The notes: generated by a model from the letters alone, not told the origin. Positions 1 to 13,437 are shown, counted from the first letter of the whole stretch. The stretch is 55,531 nt of DNA, filler included, from Blastocystis sp. subtype 4 (GCF_000743755.1; 2 parts of 2 records of this genome joined end to end with filler, not necessarily neighbours in it); one strand, 5' to 3'. A program made the numbers and translations.

Positions 1-72
1 AGGCTTCTCCAGCTTCTGAGTCTTGAATCCCTTCTCTCTTCCGGCAGCAATGCTTTCCCAAGGTCCCTTCAT
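1..72 (-). CDS. probable 60S ribosomal protein L36 (eL36), 5' end only
   Basis: ATG at 72 reads MKGPWESIAAGREKGFKTQKLEKP and runs off the window; resembles the eL36 N-terminal IAVGLNKGHKVTK motif. Confidence 0.45.
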   Translation of the reverse strand, partial: MKGPWESIAAGREKGFKTQKLEKP

Positions 73-430
73 GGTAATTGTCCTTATTCTGTGGGTGAAC
101 ATAAACGCTCAGAATTGGACCGATTTGTGGAATATGGTGGGGTAATCTATTGAGAGTCAATTATTCAGGATTCTATTACCGGGAATTGGATCTAGGGGGT
201 AAAAACTCTTTCTCTCAATTAACACAACAATGATATTATTAATGAAGTAGTGGGTTTATGAATCGATAGGACATTGAAGAGACTACTAATTAGAAACAAC
301 TGAAGATGTATTGACTTCTTCCATAGACTTTGTTTCTCACATAAGATGATTGAAATGATTAATGTCAACATATAGAATTGAATGGGAGTTTTGTCTGTTT
401 ATAAAGAATCTCATTTAGAGTCTATCGACC

Positions 431-2040
431 ATGAAGAAGCACGGGATTAACAAGGGTACGAGCTCCGATAATCCCGATCGAGTGCGAAAGAACAACAATA
501 TGCGTGATCGGTCGACCATCAACCGAATTCACATGTACCGTGAGGGAAAGGCGAAACATGACCGGGATGGAAAAGTGATTGGTGGTTTCCTGCGAAGTAA
601 GGACAAAACGGCAAATGTGGTTATTGATGGTCCTGCTCGAATTGCCCCAAATCGGAAATGGTTTGGCAACACGAGAACTATTACTCCAGAAAAACTAGAC
701 ACGTTTCGAGAGGAAATGGCGAAAACTGTGAATGACCCGTATTTGTTTGATAATTCTATTATCTCTAAGGTATTCGGTTGTGTTGCGAACCAAAACGCTG
801 CCTATGAGTCTGATTACTGATTCAACCAAAGTGGAACGGATGAATCTACTGACAACCGAGTCTTTTCAAGAAACTTTTGGCCCTGGAAAGCAACGTAAGA
901 GGTAGATGTGATAGTCTAGTATGAGTTTTAGAGTGAAACTGGCAAATACGGATTTAATGGATATGGTAAATGATGTGAACAAGAAACAAAAGACACATGA
1001 AGAAAAGTTGGCTCGTAAACCTACGTTAAGCGAAGAAACAGGAGAAGCAAAACTGAAGGATGTTTTCTTAACTGCTGGTCAAAGTAAACGTATTTACAAC
1101 GAACTTTACAAAGTGCTGGATAGTAGTGATGTGGTAATTGAAGTTTTGGATGCTCGTGATCCTCTGGGAACGCGTAGTAAGCAAGTTGAAGAGTATTTAA
1201 AGAAGAATATGCGTCATAAACATCTCGTATTCATTCTAAATAAATGTGATTTGGTTCCAACATGGTGTACAAAACGTTGGGTTGCTCTATTATCGGAAGA
1301 GTAAGAAGCATGACATTATTCTGATTGGTAGATATCCAACTCTGGCTTATCATGCTTCCTTCCAGCACTGTTTTGGCAAAGCAGCATTGTTTGATTTGTT
1401 ACGTCAGTTGGCATTGCTCCATAAAGACAAACAGCAAATTTCGGTTGGTTTTATCGGATATCCTAATGTTGGCAAAAGCAGTGTTATAAATACTCTGAAG
1501 AAGAAACGAGTGTGTAAAGTAGCTCCAATTCCTGGAGAGACGAAAGTATGGCAATATATCACACTTCTACGTAACATTTATCTGATCGATTGTCCTGGTA
1601 TTGTTCCTCCCACAGATGATAAGGACAGTGATATTGTGATTAAGGGAGTAGTGCGTGCAGAGAAACTGTCCGAACCTGAAATGGTGATTCCAGAAGTGTT
1701 AAGTCGAGTAAAACCGGAGTACTTACAACGAACCTACAATATTGGAGAATGGAAGGATTGGGAGGATTTCCTGGATAAGGTCGCAAAGAAGTATGGTAAG
1801 TTATTGAAGGGAGGTGAAGGAGATGCAAGACAGGCCTCTGTAATGTTGATTAACGACTTGCAGAGGGGAAAGATCCCCTATTTTGTTCCACCTCCAATGC
1901 CCGAAGGAGGACGAATTCCGGAATCGGAACAAGTGCCGATTACTGAGAAGAGTGAGAAAGAGTTTGATGCTTTGAATGAGAAGGGGAAGAAACTGGTGGA
2001 TAAGGAGGAATTGAGAGAAGATGCAATTTTACTGCAATAG
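431..2040 (+). CDS. NOG2: nucleolar GTP-binding protein 2 (circularly permuted GTPase)
   Basis: NGP1NT-type N-terminus ([13 protein letters not shown]), [27 protein letters not shown]; three ~30 nt introns near 740, 902 and 1301; TAG at 2038-2040; TGTTTGTT at 2058. Confidence 0.95.
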
Positions 2041-2106
2041 ATTTCTTTCAGATACGATGTTTGTTCATGAATTGGAACTTCTGCAGAAGCAATCGATTGG
2101 TCCCAA

Positions 2107-3818
2107 ATGACCAATTCTTCTTCCACTGATGATATGCACATCCAAATCATTGTGCGAGCTCGTCCTCCTGTTTCGTTTGTCAAAAGAAATTGATGTGTTA
2201 GAACAAGAATGAAAAGGATGACCAGTGTAATAGAATCATCTTTGATGATGATGGGAAGTCAATCACTGTACTTCCCGAAGGAAAGGACGAGAAGCGATTT
2301 ACCTTTGATCAGGTGTTTGCTCCAAAGACCACTCAGGAAGTAGAAGGAAGAGAAGGATGGATAATCGATAGAGCATTTTTGAAAGAGTGAAGGAATGTGG
2401 AAAACACATAATCGAAGTACTTTTGGATTATGAGTACTACTATAGGGCTACAACTGTACTATTATTGCGTATGGACAAACAGGTTCTGGGAAAACGTATA
2501 CGATGAGTGGGGGGATCGGGGCAGATGTCCCCTCTCAGCAAGAGGGAGTCATCCCTCGAATCATTGACGACATATTCAAAGAGATGAGCCTAGTATCAAT
2601 TCCCACAGAGTTTTCGTTAGGAGTTGGAATAGAGAATCGAATTAACCTTAGATCCGATATGTAGAAATCTATATGGAACGGATTCGGGACTTGTTGGATG
2701 AAAGTGGGACGAATCTCAAGATCCATTTTTCTCAGTAAACAATATAGATTTTCTATATCCTAGAAGTCGTGGCACATTTCTGGAAGGTAGAAGTCGTTAT
2801 ATCTCCAGTAAGGATGAGTTCAATGACTTGTGGTTGACAGGAACCAAGAATCGTCGTGTTGGACAAACCAAAATGAACAGTGTATTTATTGATATTGAAG
2901 TTGATACTAGGACAGTAGTCGATCGCACTCCATTTTGATTGTTGAAGTAAACCAGACAGATGTAGCAACAGGAGCCTCCAAAACGAGTAAACTCACATTG
3001 GTTGACCTTGCAGGATCGGAACAAGTGAATCGTACTGGAGCAGAGGGAATGACCCTCCGAGAAGCCCAGTACATCAATAAGTCACTTAGTGGTCTTGGTA
3101 ACGTGATTTCCAGTTTATGTCAAAAGAAATCTCACATTCCCTATCGTGATTCCAAATTGACTCACTTGTTATCCGATTCATTTGGTGGTAACACACGTAC
3201 CTATATCATTGCTACAATTAGTCCTGCTAATGTGAATTTGATTGAAACCTTATCAACCTTACGATTTGTGAATTCGGCCAAGCAAATCAAAAATACACCA
3301 GTTGTGAATCGGCAACTATCAACACAAGAACTACTGAATGTGATCAAATCAGAGGCAGGGAAGTTGAGTATGCTGTTCTCCACATTACTGGAGCATAATG
3401 ATTCAGATATTGGATTGATTCAACGATATGTTGATTCTTCTTTCTGTAAGAGAGAGAGATGGAATGAATGATAGTATTTACATCAACAGGAATGACTCTG
3501 AAATCAATAACACCATCAGAATCATTGGATAGTGATGATAGTGATTCATTCTATCCATATACTGCTGATGTCAGTAGTATCATGACTATTTGCAGTGACT
3601 ATCTTCAGAAGGAGACCAATGATGCTACTACTCAATCATCAGTATTCACTGTATCAGAACTAGTAGTACGATGTGAAGAACTCCAAGCTGATAAGGAGGC
3701 ATGTGAATGTCGAATCCGTGAGTTGGAAAAGGAGTTGGAGGAGCGATCACAAGATCATGTGTGCTCAACCGAACCCAATCAATACATGAAGAAAGTAGTT
3801 GTTTGCTGTAGAACTTAG
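2107..3818 (+). CDS. kinesin motor protein with short coiled-coil tail
   Basis: Spliced: [29 protein letters not shown]-loop, [26 protein letters not shown]; exact 3' end uncertain. Confidence 0.9.
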
Positions 3819-3862
3819 TTGCCTTTCTATCTATGTTGCGCTGAGTTTGTTCAACAAACACA

Positions 3863-4981
3863 TCACATTCGACTTGTTGCAGCTCCAATATCTGTTTGTA
3901 ATGGCATATATACTTCAACATCTGTTCCCTTTGATGCAAGGGAAGTCAGCATCTTGATATATTGTAGTCCAATCAAATACTGAGTAGGATCCGCACAAAT
4001 ACCTTCCATTGCCTTGCTTACTACACGCAACGATTCCATTGTCTTCTCTGCAATGATCAAACGGGCATCACTGCTTCCCTTTGCGATCAACTTCATACTC
4101 TCACTCTCTCCTGTGGCAATTGCCTTCTGTGCCTGACATGCTCCTTCAGCTATGCATCATTCTTTCCCCAAATACTCACCTTCCAGACGAACTTGTTCAG
4201 CATAACCTTCAGCTGTTACCTTTTGGGTACGACGATAACGTTCAGCCCGAATCTGTTCATGCATAGCAGCCTGAATGGTATCCGTAGGATCAATCTCCAA
4301 GAGATCCACACCCGAAATGGTCAGACCCCAGTCCTGACACACCTTACACACCTTATTTGACACCAGTTTCTCAATCTCCTCACGCGAGGCAAGTGTGTCA
4401 TCCAGACCCATATCACCAATCACGCTACGCAGTGAAGTTTGAACGAGTCTTTCAACAGCTTCAATCAAATCGTATGTCTAAGAATGAACCCCACTCCCGA
4501 CAACCACCTCATAAGCAACACGCACCGGATCTGTAATCTGAATCACCATCATGGGATGAACAGTGATCTCAACATTGTCTCGAGTGATGATCGACTGGAG
4601 AGGAAGATCGAAGATAGTTTGACGAAGATTCATACGAGGAGTGTATGTCTCTTTGTATGAAGAAGTTCCACGTGATGTTTCCTCCTATGGACTCAACTCC
4701 TCTCCTCAATCTTACATAGGTTCTCCAGATAACAGGTCTAGGTCTGTCAACAAATGGGATCATTGGATAGAATCCAGCCTCACACTACCAATAAGAAAAT
4801 GGACAAACACAAACCTTCTTAAGGAATCTACCAAATCGCTCAATAACAACAGCTGTTCCTTGTTCAACCACGATACAACACTTGCATATGAACCAATACT
4901 ACATTGATCATATTCCTATCACATTTCTACGATAAGGATTAAGATAATAATAACTATAAGATAAAAGATACCAGTCCACAT
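3863..4981 (-). CDS. SPFH/band-7 (stomatin-like) membrane protein
   Basis: N-terminal TM (MWTGIFYLIVIILILI), VVIERFGRF, QTSLRSVIGDMGLDDTLASREEI, AMHEQIRAERYRR; TGA at 3865-3863. Confidence 0.88.
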
Positions 4982-5122
4982 TTATAAATCTTCTTAAATG
5001 AATGCTGAGAATAGATAAAAGGATTCGTTGTAACGAATCATCTGTCTCATGAATTTTGCAATTCCAGAAATTGAATATATTTCGGAGATCCCATCAGACG
5101 ACGTTTTCTCATCAAATCAGAA

Positions 5123-7762
5123 ATGTCAAGCGAGTCTGTTAGTTTTCTCTTCAATACATATGGATTAGGATCCTTTTCGATCGATTCGTTGGTGAGTTTC
5201 ATTGCAAATCATGGAGGTCCTTATGAGTCAAAAGATGAGACATCAAGCATCCAGAAACTGATTAATTTAGCGATTTCAATGGCAGAGCAGAAGGGGGAAG
5301 AAACTATTCTCTACTCGATTCGTTTTGTTGACTCTGTTACTCGTTCAGTACAATTTTCCCTACTTGAGGGGAATGTTATGCGTATCTTGGAGTTCTCAAA
5401 AGCGGTTATCTTGTTTTGTCCTGATTATGGAGCCAAAAATACGGGTATGCATTAGAATTTTGTCTTACTTCTAGCAATTCTCTTAATGAAGTACATATTT
5501 GGTAATCTCAGTGCTCTGACTAACCAGTTCGTCCGAGAAACCCTTCCCAAATTCAAGGAATACGTTTATTTTCATTTGGATGTAATTCGAAAGGAAGAAA
5601 TGGTAATTGTTGAATGTGGCAATTTGATCTAGGTTTCTTTGTTGCCTGTCCTTTTATCATCGCTCATTGCTCTGATTAGGTCTCTTCAAACTTCGATTAA
5701 GCCAATCGTTGCTAACATCGAACCTGTAATTGTAAGAATTAGGATTGTTCTTCATTTCAGTACCCACTCCTCGACAATATGGATCCTTCGGTGCGTCAAC
5801 AAGCAGCGATGCTCTTTTCAGCTTTGACTCGAGTACTGGAAACAATCTTTGGACAATGTGTAGTGCGAGAAAACAGAGGAAGGATGGAAGAAGACTCTAT
5901 CCCTCACTCTTCATTCCATCACTTATACACTTGCTGAAATCACAGGTACCCAGGATCCTATTCTTGATGCATTACCTCGTCTGGCATTACCTCCAATGAC
6001 ATCATTTGGACGAATTACTCCCTTCATTGCTCATGCTCGATTCACAACACTTCTTCTCTTGCTTCAAGATTTGCTTCGCTATCCTCCTAGTGTAGTCTCC
6101 TTTCCTTTACTTGCTGTGATAACTACTCTCCAGAGTCTTCTTGAAGCCTATGTGCCTCCCGCTCGTCGCAAAGAAGAGGCTGCTACAGTTAGTATGGCGT
6201 TGAGTCCTCGAGAGCAGTGGATTGTATATCAGTTATTGTATCCAATGGTGTGTGAAGTAGGACTTGGATCTCGCTATCAGATAGACACTCACTCTACTGA
6301 TCACACGATTGCAAAGTTCCATTCTGATCGTCATTCAATCATTGACTCGATGTCTCCGACTTTTCTTCATTCGATGTTACAAAGAAGCAGATATCTCTAT
6401 CTCGATCGCTGCTCTAGGAGTTATTCAGTCGTCTTGTCATCTCTTCATAATCTTTAGACGTCTCATTGAAGTAGGAGGACCATCTGTGATTCCTTTAATG
6501 AATGAAGTCATTGGAATTCTGATCCAGATCCTTCGTTGCATGAACAAGGCTCAAGATGATGTGAAGATCACTCCTGGACAAGGAGGAAAGAAAGGAGGAA
6601 AGAAAAATCGACGTAGAGTCCCCGTAATGCAACTTGGACAAGAGGAAGAAGTACGGACTGTGGAGCAGTTTGTATGGGCTCGTCATATACGAGTGAATGA
6701 TGTGTATGAGAGTGTTGTGAAGGTAAGTGAGCAACAAAGACATGATTCGATAGTGTGTGAGTGCAATTCTTCAGAACGGACGTTGGTTAGATTTGAATAC
6801 TCGTTTGGAAATTGATCTGGAACTCTTCATTGCCTTATCGCATCTCATTCATCCATCTCCCCTACATCGTACACATCTCCCTGTTACCACGTCTCCTCAA
6901 CTCCGAGCAGCTGTACTTCAAGCCGCCAATATTGCGTGTACTGTACTAAATAGGATGGTATGTGATATAGACATGTCTGCCTTCAGGTCAAATGTCTCCT
7001 CTGGTCTCGTTAATGCCTGTTATCAATCAAGCAGTGGTGATGTGTGAGCAGACAGAGAAGATATCGGTGGAGCAGCGTCAATTGATGAGTACATTGGGTC
7101 TATTATATCATGCCCCAGCACAAATGATTTATCGAACCATGGAAAGTAAGAGTGAGAATATGTAATGAGATGAAGATACTACGATGATTCGAGTCAATGA
7201 GCAAGAGTCAATGGAAGAGGAAAAGGATGAGGAAGAAGAAGTGAAAGGAACTCCAGATCCATGGATGGTTACACAGGCAATGAACACTGTGAATCCGTTT
7301 GTTCGGAGTGTGGAGGAGGTGGCTTCTCCAAGTAAGTCGTTGAAGCGAACAGAGCCTCCTGTGGTAGAACCAACAGAGAAAGTGGAGACCATAGTTACAC
7401 CAGCCGTATCCATCACAGAATCCCAATCAATACCGACTACAATATCTCCCTCTGTACCCACTACAGTTCCTCCTTCATTACCAACTACGTCTCCTTCAAT
7501 ACCAATAGCAGTGTCCACCAATCCAACTGAACCTGAAGTGACTACAATCCCTGTCGTCACTGGCGATCCAGAGACAAAGAAAAGAAAAGTGGATGAAGAG
7601 ATATCAAAACTGCGAAAAATGAGTCAGGATTATGCAGAGTCAGAGCGGAAGCGATCTATGGAAATGCAGACAACTACAATAACAACCACACCTCAAGATA
7701 GTGATGGATTTGCCTTTTCGGATGACGATGATGAATTTGATGTACCTGATATCGATATTTAA
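5123..7762 (+). CDS. helical-repeat protein with Pro/Thr-rich and acidic tail, possibly Rix1/PELP1-like
   Basis: Multi-exon Leu-rich helical N-terminal region, low-complexity P/T/E tail, ends DDDDEFDVPDIDI*; family call from architecture only. Confidence 0.45.
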
Positions 7763-7906
7763 AAGATATTCTCTGTTTTGAATGAACAAACAAAATAGGA
7801 GCTGTTTCTGGCAGTTCGCATGAAGTTCAAAATCTCGAATTGTAGGGTATATAAATTTGTTTTCTAATTATAGCTCCGCTGAAATTCAAGAAAACTACCG
7901 TCTATC

Positions 7907-9777
7907 ATGAACGGAAGAGATTCAGGTGTACAATGTTTATAGCGAGAATGAACTATAGAAATGCTACATTGTCGGATTGCTTATTCATTGTAGAGAGACA
8001 CCACGACCGAGATCGTCATAGAGATAGAGATCGGGATAGAAACCGTGACCGTGATAAAAGTCGACATCACCACGATCGATACCGTGATCGCAGTCGTGAT
8101 CGCACTCGAGATGAAGAGGTTAGTCGAAATGGCAGCGAACCATCAGGCATGAACCCGACTCCAAATCAACCAAGTTCTGGAGGCGTAGATATGAGTGCTG
8201 CAGTAAAAGCGGCTATGGAAGCAGCCATGAAGATTTCAAAAGCGGGTTTGGTTTACTTTGAGTTTATAAACAGTAGCTCCTCCTCCACCAAAGCAACGCA
8301 GTTCCCGTTTCAGTAATTCTGTTTTGACAAAGAAAATGTACTTCCCACAACAGTATCCCGATATCGACTATGCAGCTATTTTTAATGGTCCATATCGTAT
8401 GACCATTGAGACAGAGACACATACGACACTCTCTGTCGGAGGTACTGCTGTATTTGATTGTCAATGTGCTGATTCGTAGACTATTGTGACTGAAATGGAC
8501 GAATTACTTCATGTAATGATCTCTGCAGGATCTCAAGATGCCTTAGTGGCAGCTGAAGAGATGATTAGTGATGTTCTTAACAAACCTGATTTAGCTCGTC
8601 GTTTGGCTCAGCAGAATACTGTGGGAAAGAGATAGGAGAATGATTGATAGGTGGTTCCACAAGAAGCAACGACAATGGTAGCAGCGATGGGAGGTTTAAT
8701 GAATCAATCAGATTTTGCAGAAATGAAAACAGAGGTTATCCAAGTCCCTTTGCCAATGGTACCAATGATCATGGGACGTGGAGCAGAACATGTGAAGAAG
8801 ATACAAGAAGTTTATGGTGTAAATGTGCGTGTGGAGAAAGACAATGAAGCCAGTAGTGGAAGTATGTTACGAGATGTGACGATTCGTGGACGAGAGGAAA
8901 TGGTGACGAAAGCAAAAGAAGTGATTGAGACAATGGTACAGACTGGCAATGCTGATATCATTCGATCGATGCAAACATCTCGAGATGGGTTTGAAATGGT
9001 TCCTGTTCCTCGAGATCGAGTGGGGTTGGTAGTGGGTACCCGAGGGGCAACAATTCAAGAGTTACAGAAGCGTACAGGCACAACAATCCAAGTGGCACGA
9101 GAAGGTGATCCCGAGCATCCTGATTTGCGAAATATTGTCATCACAGGTCCTCCTGATAACGTACGTGAGGCCAAGCGTCAAGTGTTACTGATAGCTGATG
9201 TGAGTATGAAAGGAGGGGTTGAGATATTAGGGTATGTTGGCTACGCTACCTGAAGGAGCTCAATCTGTTCGTGTAATGATTCCTAGTGATAAGGTGAGTT
9301 TTGTCATTGGTACCAAGGGAGCTGTGATTCATGATATTCAGCGGAATTCAGGTGCGATCGTACAAGTTGAACGAGCGGATCCTAAAGATCCAAATGCTGT
9401 TCTGCGAGGTGTAAACATTACTGGAAATTCAGATCAGATTGAGAAGGCGAAAGCGGAGATCAATCGTGTGATTGGTACAACAGCTGGTCTTCGTGACTTT
9501 CATGATGATGATTTTTCGAAAAACAACTCGAACTCATTTGTGCCAGGTGTGGGAACGATGGGATCTCTTTTCAATTCGACAATGGATTTTGAATCAATGC
9601 AGAAATACATGGAGATGCAAATGATGTCACAACCAGGAATGAATCCTTATTATGGAATGTATCCTGGAGCTCCTCAATCTGGTCAGTCAGTACCTGCTAA
9701 CCAAGAATCTGGACAGACTGAAATGCCTCCTGTTCCTGGTGAAGAAGATGATGCCAGTCCTCCTCCTGGTTTGGAAT
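7907..9777 (+). CDS. multi-KH-domain RNA-binding protein (RD-rich N-terminus, SF1-like KH plus three FUBP-like KH); stop created by polyadenylation
   Basis: GxxG loops IMGRGAE, VVGTRGA, VIGTKGA; RD dipeptide run; ends PPPGLE with in-frame T at 9777, 5 nt before TATTTGTT. Confidence 0.85.
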
Positions 9778-9781
9778 ATTG

Positions 9782-9796
9782 TATTTGTTACAAACA
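9782..9796. terminator. interlocked bidirectional polyadenylation motifs (KH / MATE)
   Basis: TATTTGTT on + overlaps TGTTTGTA on - by one base. Confidence 0.75.
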
Positions 9797-9800
9797 GTTA

Positions 9801-11379
9801 ACTTCTTAACTGATATTTCCTCTCCATACAAGTCCTTCTTGACGCAGAAGAAATAGATAGTGGCAAAAATAGCACTGCAAGCATCAGCAATTGGATAAGC
9901 CATGAACACTCCCCAATAATCCTTACGGAAATAACACATGATGAACTGAGTGATCACAATGAAGATGCAAGAACGGCACATGAGAACAACAGCAGATCCG
10001 AATCCTCTACCTACAGCTTGAAGGCCAGGATAGAGAGAACAAGAGAAAGGAGATAAACACAGAAGTGCTGCCATATATCGTAAGGCCTTGGAGAAGATAG
10101 CAATAAACTCTTCATCCGAGTTAAACATTGTGGCAATTTGTGGAGCAAATACTTCACAGACAATGGTGAGGAGTACACAGATGATCAACTGACCAACAAA
10201 ACAGCATTTCATTGCATTGACAAATCGTTTGTATAGACCTCCTCCTCTACAGAAAGCCAGAAGAGCGATAACTCCGTGAGCAATGGAATTTATAGGAATG
10301 AAACAGAAATACTGCATTCTTGAGATGGATCCAGAGGCAGCAATGGCTGCTGTGGTTAAAGGATCATCCTTATCATACGGTGTGTAGGCAAGGACAAGTT
10401 GGTTTGCTACAATGGACAGAATCCCATTTGACAGACCAATAACCATACCAGAGAGACCAGTATTGACAATCTCACCAATTAATTTCCAGTCTGGCTTCAT
10501 ATCCGACCATTTTAGCACAACAGCCGCTCTCTTAGAAAGGAATAACCACAGACCAAAAGTAGATGCCACTGTATACCCAATGCAAGTTGCTAAAGCAGCA
10601 CCTGATGTACCTAACCTGACATATTTGAGAAATAGAATATCAAAGACAATGTTTGTGCCTGCAGAGATGGTCATGATGAAACAAGAATAGATAGCAGCAC
10701 CTTCTCCACGCATCAAATTATTCGTAGCATAACAGAAGTTGTATAGAATGTCACCATACATAAGAGGTTTTATGTAATTGAGAGCAGGAGTCATTGTACC
10801 TGCCTCATCAGATGCACCCAGTAGTATGAGCAAAGGACGAGCAAGTAACGGTAGAACAATTGCAGCGACAATACCTAGAAGTATATCCATTGTAAAGGTA
10901 TTTCCAACAATTCGTCGCGATGTCTTGATATCTTTCTTTCCAAGATATCGACCATACAGAGGACCACCTCCTTGAGCGAAAATCAAAGATAAAGCGACGA
11001 TGATACACATCTCAATGGGTGACGCAAGTGATACGCCTGCGAGAGAATTCTTCTTTTCTTCAACAGTAGATCCAGCGTACTGTCCGATAAACACTGAATC
11101 AATCAAACTATAAAGTGAACTCACAATCTTGGCGATGAAATCGGGATATGTCATCTTCCAAATTGTTTTAACAAGAGGTCCATTACCTAAAAAATCAGCA
11201 CGCCTCATTCTTTCGATGGTTCGTGGAGACATCATCTCTTTTGGCTTCGTTTCCTGTTCTATGCTGGCTGTATCGATGGAGATAGTTGCAACAACATCTT
11301 TCTCTGCATTCTGTGAGTTATCAATCATTACTACAAAATTGATAATAAAATAATGACCGATGGAATTGTGATCCATCAA
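9801..11379 (-). CDS. MATE-family efflux transporter (MepA-like), intronless; stop created by polyadenylation
   Basis: About 12 hydrophobic segments, SLYSLIDSVFIG, NIVFDILF..GTSGAALAT; in-frame T at 9801, 5 nt before TGTTTGTA; start may be 11328. Confidence 0.88.
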
Positions 11380-11428
11380 TTAAAAAACCACGGGAATTCC
11401 ATTCTGACAAACAAACAATTAGAGACAC

Positions 11429-13283
11429 TTACAATCCCATAGCTTCACATAAAAAGACTCCAGAAGCAAGAAGCAGATTTGTGAATGTTGCCGATGTAAG
11501 ATAACCGTGAACTTCACTTGCACTAGACATGAGACGAGGTAAACAAACGAACATCGATTTTGTTTCAATTGTGTGTACACACAACTTCTTTCCTGCAAAT
11601 TCTTGGTCACTTTCATGATCCCTTTTTAATGATCGTTTCTATTGGTCATATGTGTGAATAAACGGAACAGAAAGGAACAGAGAATTAAATGATTCGAACG
11701 AAACTGAAGATCTGGGTTTCGGTGGATCTGATGTGGCAACTATGGTTTGTTCAGGTTGTGTAGAATCTATGCAGTTCTCCTGTGGTTGTGCGGTTTCCAT
11801 ATTCATTTCAGGTTGTGGAAGAGGTTCCATATTACTTTCCAGTTGCTGTTCAGGCTCTATGCCACTCTCAGGTTGTGGAATGGATTCCACATTCATTTCA
11901 GGTTGCTGTTCAGGCTCTATACCACTCTCAGGTTGTGGAATGGATTCCACATTCATTTCAGGTTGTTGGGCAGGTTCTACACCGTTCTCAAGTTCATTCT
12001 CTGGCTGGATTTGAAGGGGTTCCACAGCCTGTTTATGTTCAACTGTATCAGCTTCTGGCGTAGCAGGCTCATGCTGAATTTCTGGTTGTGGTTCGGGGGG
12101 ACTTACATATTCATGAACCTCCGGGGCAACAGGCTCCACACGAATTCTCTCAGGGACCTTCTCTACACATCACATGAACCAGTCTCACACACTCTGCTTT
12201 GCCTTCTTACTCAACGTAGTCTATCTTTCATTCCTCTGCATTTCACTTACACCAAAGGTAATATTCTTCTCCTTGGTCATACTACGCAACGCAGCTGTAT
12301 ACTCATTCAACAGATTCATCTGAGTAAAACCTAGGTTGAAACGTCGGAGCATATCCAGGAACACTTCTACTTATCAGATATGCAGCCTATTCTCACTCCA
12401 ATCGTCTCCACATAACGAGAGAATCAAGTTCTCATCCATCTTCTGGCTTAAGGTGTTATCCACTGACTCATTCATCCAAGGCAACGAAGCTACTCATGTA
12501 ACACAGACCATATTCATACAGTTAATCAAATACAGTATGATGTACACTGCAGAGATGATGTTGTCACTTATGGTTGGTACTATCAATAAAACTATTAGAA
12601 GAATCCTCACAGTTTCCATGCATTACGGATACCGATGTAAAGGTCGTATCATCGATATCAAAGGACTGGCTACAATAAATTCACATGGACAGACTCACTT
12701 TTCGAAGAAGTCTTGATTCATCAGAACAACTCGATATCCCTTCGTTGTGCGTCGAAGAGAAAAGTCATTTACGTGCAGATTCTTCAGGATCTTCTTCTTT
12801 GCGAACAAATGACGCAGAATTCCAAGAATTTGAATTGCAACGTTAACCAGATCGTCCTTTGTTACATTCATGGAATTGCTTCGAACAATTTCATTCAAGG
12901 GCTTCGAAATCCGTTCATAAACAAAGTATTCATGACCCTCATACGTACCCTCCATATTCTCTAGAGGAACAATAGGAAAGCCTAGAAAGACTCACAACAA
13001 CGATGAAAGGAATACAATGATTATCATAGTACGTAAATGTTGGTTTAACATCAACATTAATAGGAGTGGATACGATTTGTTTCGATCCTTCTTCATAGTC
13101 CGGATTATCCAAATCTTTGTATTTTATTGTCATACAGTACTTGTCATCTTCATTTACAATCGAGCATACTAGGATTCATACAAAACAAACTCACATGCCT
13201 TTCAGAATGGTCTGAGTGGGTGTACACTTCATTACATCCTGGACTTTCCATCCATTAATCTCTTTGCCTACTAAACTCGCCAT
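11429..13283 (-). CDS. divergent CK1/VRK-like (pseudo)kinase with Glu/Pro/Gln repeat tail
   Basis: Spliced MASLVGKEINGWKV...YFVYERISKPLNEIV...VAIQILGILRHLFAKKKILKNL; canonical HRD/DFG motifs absent; TAA at 11431-11429. Confidence 0.6.
11750..11970. repeat. coding tandem repeat, 60-bp unit built from 30-bp subunits (QPEMNVESIPQPESGIEPEQ)
   Basis: Near-identical copies of caggttgtggaatggattccacattcatttcaggttg. Confidence 0.9.
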
Positions 13284-13437
13284 TATTGATTCAAATAGAT
13301 GATTACTCCATATTTGTGTCATTCGGAATGACGAATAACAAAGTGAATCTTCTGTTTCCAGTTTTTCCCTTGATTTCAATCAGAGCAAGAATCTTATCTG
13401 TAGTCCTCAGAGAGAATTCTACTGTTCATCGGATCCA

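Noticed and set aside
3790..3851. Kinesin as another stop-less gene
   Set aside because: Neither nearby motif variant has an in-frame T at -5; an encoded TAG exists at 3816-3818 and the last exon is unresolved
9697..9809. Apparent coding overlap of the KH and MATE genes (likewise PRP38 and DeSI)
   Set aside because: Disappears once poly(A)-created stops at 9777 and 9801 are applied
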